Part shown: positions 60,048 to 64,000 of the stretch, piece by piece
How positions within the stretch are numbered: the stretch's first letter is position 1
Layout of the letters: each line of letters opens with the position of its first letter
Assembly (NCBI GenBank): GCA_964016885.1
Contig: OZ024744.1
Coordinates: forward strand, 56,110,001-56,174,000
DNA from: Eledone cirrhosa
Lineage: Eukaryota
DNA: 64,000 nt
Reading direction: 5' to 3'
Made by a program: the position numbers and the translations under genes
Notes under the pieces: model-generated
What the model was told of the DNA's origin: nothing
The model's database searches: none
The model's input: the letters and a program-made list of their open reading frames with translations, nothing else

Positions 60048-60217
60048 CATCATTATCATCATCACCATTTAACATTTATTTTCCATTCTTGCATGGGTTA
60101 GACCAGTTGTCATGGGCTGAGGCTAGACCAATCAGGTAACCACATCCTGCACACATACCCCATTTTGGTTTGGTTTCTATGGCTGAATGCCCTTCCTAAT
60201 GCCAACCCCATTACAGT
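60048..60217 (-). mobile_element. RTE family-B 3' end remnant
   Basis: (ATC)n tail, ccattcttgcatgggttagac and gaatgcccttcctaatgccaacc motifs. Confidence 0.7.
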
Positions 60218-60480
60218 ATTGTAAACTGCCAAAATGTCAAAGGAGATGCTTTAAAAAAGATAATAACAACAAAGGCATAAAACTCATGGAGCAGGTCATG
60301 AAAGTGGCAGAGAGAGTTATGATAATGTTAATCATAGAAATAATTAGATTAGGCGAGACGCAATATGGGTGTGTGCCAGGAAGTAACACCACTGATGCAT
60401 TCTTCTTCGTAAGACAGCAACAAAGGAAAAAGTTCTTAACCAAGAACAAACAATTAAACTTGGCATTCATTATTTTGGAG

Positions 60481-60741
60481 TTGGCAGTAAAGTACCAGCA
60501 ATGCACTGGGTAATTGCTGGCCTTGTGCCTAAAGTAGAAACAATTATTTTGGAGTTGGCAGTATCGGTAGAGGGTTGGACGCCATGCTTTGACATATAGT
60601 TATGGTCCTTGCCATTCTGAGTTCAAATTCTGCCGAGGTTAACTTTGCCTTTCATCCTTACGGGGTCGATAAAGTAAAGTATCAGTAATGTACTGGGTAA
60701 TAGCTGGCCTTGTGCCTAAAGTAGAAACAATTATTTTGGAG
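60481..60741 (+). mobile_element. Tandem pair of family-A SINEs (internally deleted copy + longer copy)
   Basis: The 12-bp ATTATTTTGGAG occurs at 60469, 60543 and 60730. Both copies start with ttggcagta. Confidence 0.87.
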
Positions 60742-61260
60742 AAGACTTTTGACAGATTATCATGTTTCATAGAATGGTGGCTGCTAAGAACATTGGGAAT
60801 GGATGAATGATTTGTGAGTGTTGTGCAAGTCAAATACAAAAAAACAGTGAGTCAGAAATGAACTCAGCAAGAAATTTAGTGTGCATATAACTGTCTATCA
60901 GGTCCTGATTTTCATTTCTCTCCTATTCATTACAGCTCTCCAGGTCAAGAGTCAACCAACTATAGCCAATGGGCCAATTCTAGCCTGCAACAGCATTTCC
61001 ATCAGCTCACAGACTTCATTGAACAAGTGACATTATATACAAACATTCTTTGTTTTCCTTTTCAATATTTGGTTTACAGAGTGACAGAAGAGATATACGC
61101 AGTTGTGACAAAGGGCAATAACCCAGAAACAATTTGTTGATTGTTTCTCTCTGTCACCACTAGAACAAAAGGATGGTGATGGTCATCTAAAAAAAAACAA
61201 CGTAACGAGGTTGTTTGCTTGCAAACGGATCGAATATTATTATTATCTCCTTATAATATA

Positions 61261-62137
61261 CTAGCAGTAAAGCCCGGCGTTGCTCGGGGTTGCTCAGTAG
61301 CTGTGTTAAAGTTACAATGTTAAGTTTCTTTCTTGGCTTAAAAACTGTAGTGTCTACTGTGCAGACTTGCATGTGGTGTTTTTGATTAATATTCCCTCAA
61401 CCAACAATATGCCTTATGAAGTTAAGAAAACATAACGATAACCCGAATGTTATAACAAAAGGGGATGCTGGGGATAGAAACTGCACTGGTTATTTATTAA
61501 GAAAGATCGAAAATGTAAACACTGCAACGCAGAGAAAAACATTAGCGTAACCAAATTATCAGTTATGTCTGTCTGCACGCCTATATCACCTCTCTGCACG
61601 ACTGTCTGTCTGCACGCCTATATCACCTCTCTGCACGACTATCTGTCTGCACGCGTATATCACCTCTCTGCACGACTGTCTGTCTGCACGACTGTCTGTC
61701 TGCACGCCTAACGACGAAATATTTGCTTGTTTTACGTAGTCTTTAAATAGACTTGTTTTCAAGTAAAAATATTGTTTTAAAATGCTTTTAAATGGAAATG
61801 AAGCAAAACGGAAGCTTAGTGTTCGAACTAATGAATTTTGCAGGTCAATATTTTGCTGGCTCGACAACTGTTAAAGCCAGCGTAATTTTTTACGTAAGAC
61901 GCTCAATGTAAACAGAACAAAGGGAAATAACTGATAATTTACGCTCAAAAATCGATACATTATATTCGATTTCGTCACATAGGGTGGGTCAATTTGAAAT
62001 TTTTTTTTTCCGATGTCTTCGCTAGGGCTCAATGTAAAAGTATAGCAATTTCGGTGCAATTCCGTGAGAGATTCTAAGAGGAGATGTGTGCCAAAAATCG
62101 ATAGACAGACAGACAACCACAGTTTTATATATATAGA
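61261..62137 (-). mobile_element. Non-autonomous Helitron A
   Basis: On the minus strand it starts TCTATATATATAAAACTG and ends with hairpin cccgagcaacgccggg plus CTAG. Inserted between A and T with no TSD. Internal ~37-bp tandem repeat at 61567-61710. Confidence 0.85.
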
Positions 62138-62174
62138 TAACCAGCAATTTCTCTGTCTGTCTGTCCGGCAGTGG

Positions 62175-62412
62175 AAACACGTGCGCGTGTGCGAATGTTT
62201 TTTGCGCACGCGTAAAGAGAGAGAGTGAGAGTGAAAAAAAGAGACAGACTACGAGAGGGGGATAGCGGGAGGGAGAGGGGGGGAGAGAGAGAGAGTGAAT
62301 AGACGCTAAAACACGTGCTCGCGTGCGAATGTTTTTTGCGCACGCGTAGAGAGTGAGAGTGAAAGAAAGAGACAGACTACAAGAGGGGGATAGCGGGAGG
62401 GAGAGAGGGGGC
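62175..62412. repeat. ~134-bp tandem duplication (CpG-rich head plus GA-rich tail)
   Basis: aaacacgtgc...gcgaatgttttttgcgcacgcgta...gatagcgggagggagagggg at 62175 and 62309. Confidence 0.85.
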
Positions 62413-62425
62413 AATTGAGGAGTGC

Positions 62426-62649
62426 TACAGAAACATATATACATTTCTGTGTGTGTGTAATATATATATACACACACAGAAATATATATATATACACACA
62501 GAAATATATATACATTTCTGTGTGTGTAATATATATATATATATATACACACAGAAATATATATACATTTCTGTGTGTGTAATATATATATATATATACA
62601 CACACACAGAAATATATATACATTTCTGTGTGTATAATATATATATATA
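62426..62649. repeat. Self-complementary AT/CA minisatellite
   Basis: Units of cacacagaaat(at)nacatttctgtgtgtgt separated by (TA)n. Confidence 0.85.
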
Positions 62650-62681
62650 CTAGCAGAAAACCAAAGGCGGTTTTCTGCTAG

Positions 62682-63771
62682 TCTATATATATAAAACTGG
62701 GGTTGTCTGTCTGTCAACTAACACCTTCGGCACACATCTCCTCCTAAACCGTACGTTCAAATTTCGGTGAAATTGCTACACTTATAGATGAAGGTCCGGC
62801 GGAGATATCGGTCAAAAAAATTTTCAAATCGACCCACGCCAAGGGCAAAAATCGAATTTGTAATGTATTGATTTTTCAGTTCAAATGTATAAATAGAGAT
62901 GAGAGACGAGTTATTTCCCTTCTATGGCGTCATTTGCTTATCTATTTATGTTACGTATAAACGACGCGGTGGACCGAGAAGAACAACTTCATGCAAAGAC
63001 AAGACCAAGTTTATGGTATAAATGGAGTCGTTAGACTAATATTCTATTTAAAATAACCGAATGATTTCCAGCCCCGGAGTTTAAGAATGATGTAAATAAA
63101 ATTGTAAACGAAAATGACAAGTTATTAAAATAGTTGTTTCTACTTTTGGCACAAGGCCAGCAATTAACCAGTACATTACTGGTACTTTATTTTATGGACC
63201 CCAAATGGATGAAAGGCAAAGTTAACCTCGACGGGATTTTAACTTTGCCTTAAAATAGTAAAAGTAAATAGTGAAGATTTAGGCCAGTACATACGTATGC
63301 GCCGACGGACATACGCATACATACGTGTGTGTGTGTGTATAAACCTTATGCATTTCTACAGTATTTTCGCCAAACTTAAGACACAGGTTACTTATGTACT
63401 CCGGATGGTCATGGGCACTTTCATTTTTCCAGATATTGATTATAGGGCCTCCAGGTAGATAACCCCCGTTAACCACTTCCTTGGAGTCAACTGAAGCACT
63501 GCAGTGCAATGCAAAAAAACGTCATAACTTCTGGAGTTCGCAACCGATTTTCACAAAACTTGACACATGGGCTACGTTTGTTCTACAGATGAATGTGAAC
63601 TCTCAGAATTGGCACATATTGAGTAGAGGACCCCTGGGGGCAGGAACCCCCTTTTGGAAAAAGCCGATGATTTTGTAAAAGTATAGTTTTCCAAGCAGCA
63701 CTGAAGTATAAACATAAATGGTATACATAACTGGTATTTAATACCTGAGCAACGCCGGGTACCTCTGCTAG
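62682..63771 (+). mobile_element. Non-autonomous Helitron B
   Basis: Starts TCTATATATATAAAACTG and ends cctgagcaacgccggg-tacctctg-CTAG|T. The first ~250 bp are homologous to the reverse complement of Helitron A. Confidence 0.85.
63135..63249 (-). mobile_element. 5'-truncated family-A SINE inserted in Helitron B
   Basis: Reverse complement of the family-A body, with a 10-bp TSD TTAAAATAGT at 63125-63134 and 63250-63259. Confidence 0.88.
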
Positions 63772-63802
63772 TTACTATATAAATATATCAATAAAACCCT
63801 AG

Positions 63803-64000
63803 TCTATATATATAAAACTGAGGATGTCTGTGAGTTTGAATCCCTAAAACTCGAGAAGTACCCAACCGATTTTTTTCAAACTTTACATGTGTATTACTCA
63901 TGTTTCAGGGAGTGTTATGCACATAAAATTCAACTTTTTGATCTCCTAGGGCCTGCATTAGGTGAAAAACTGCATTTTTTCAGCTTTTTAGGGGTTCTTT
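63803..64000 (+). mobile_element. Non-autonomous Helitron C (5' part; runs off the window)
   Basis: Same 5' terminus TCTATATATATAAAACTG. The caaccgatttt...aaactt motif is also seen inside Helitron B (~63541). Confidence 0.75.

Larger units (their letters stand above)
59560..60950 (+). pseudogene. Old RTE reverse transcriptase remnant fragmented by later insertions
   Basis: SSGIAVKMLKISGKVG (~59580); KGIKLMEQVMKVAERV, QYGCVPGSNTTDAFFFVRQ, LNLAFI (60270-60470); resumes as LEKTFDRL after the SINE pair (60736). Confidence 0.75.

Noticed and set aside
51489-63678. Short ORFs rich in YI/CV/HT or L/M/V runs, and antisense ORFs over LINEs
   Set aside because: They are translations of microsatellites or shadow frames of transposon ORFs, with no domain evidence.
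61261-63771. Single cut-and-paste DNA transposon with ~28-bp TIRs
   Set aside because: The apparent TIRs are the hairpin+CTAG 3' ends of two oppositely oriented Helitrons, each with its own internal TC 5' end.

Overview
This is eukaryotic, repeat-only DNA. I found no host protein-coding gene, rRNA/tRNA gene or CRISPR array. The SINE/RTE/Helitron repertoire and microsatellite load look invertebrate and most resemble octopus, but that is an inference. Bases 1-43790 are one giant, G-poor, triplet-phased satellite. Its hierarchy runs ACC-type triplets, 9-mers, a 27-bp monomer (ACCACCACAACCACCACTACCATCATC), 0.1-0.7 kb blocks, then 2.6, 5.1 and 6.8 kb higher-order repeats. The multi-thousand-codon Thr/Val/Gly/Pro ORFs there are most simply by-products of this composition. 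The remaining 20 kb is a pile of transposon remnants: a decayed near-full-length L1/Tx1-like LINE stacked between two extra 3' ends at a TCTATCT junction motif, RTE, CR1 and mariner remnants, MITEs, tRNA-derived SINEs and three non-autonomous Helitrons. The best leads are (1) a GT..AG 37-nt segment at the LINE ORF1/ORF2 junction whose removal deletes the ORF1 stop and fuses ORF1 to ORF2 in frame, (2) apparent site-preferential stacking of that LINE, (3) the satellite architecture, (4) an RTE with three C-terminal C2H2 fingers plus a likely non-autonomous partner, and (5) inverted Helitrons around a perfect CTAG-ended hairpin. All coordinates were read by eye and boundaries are approximate.
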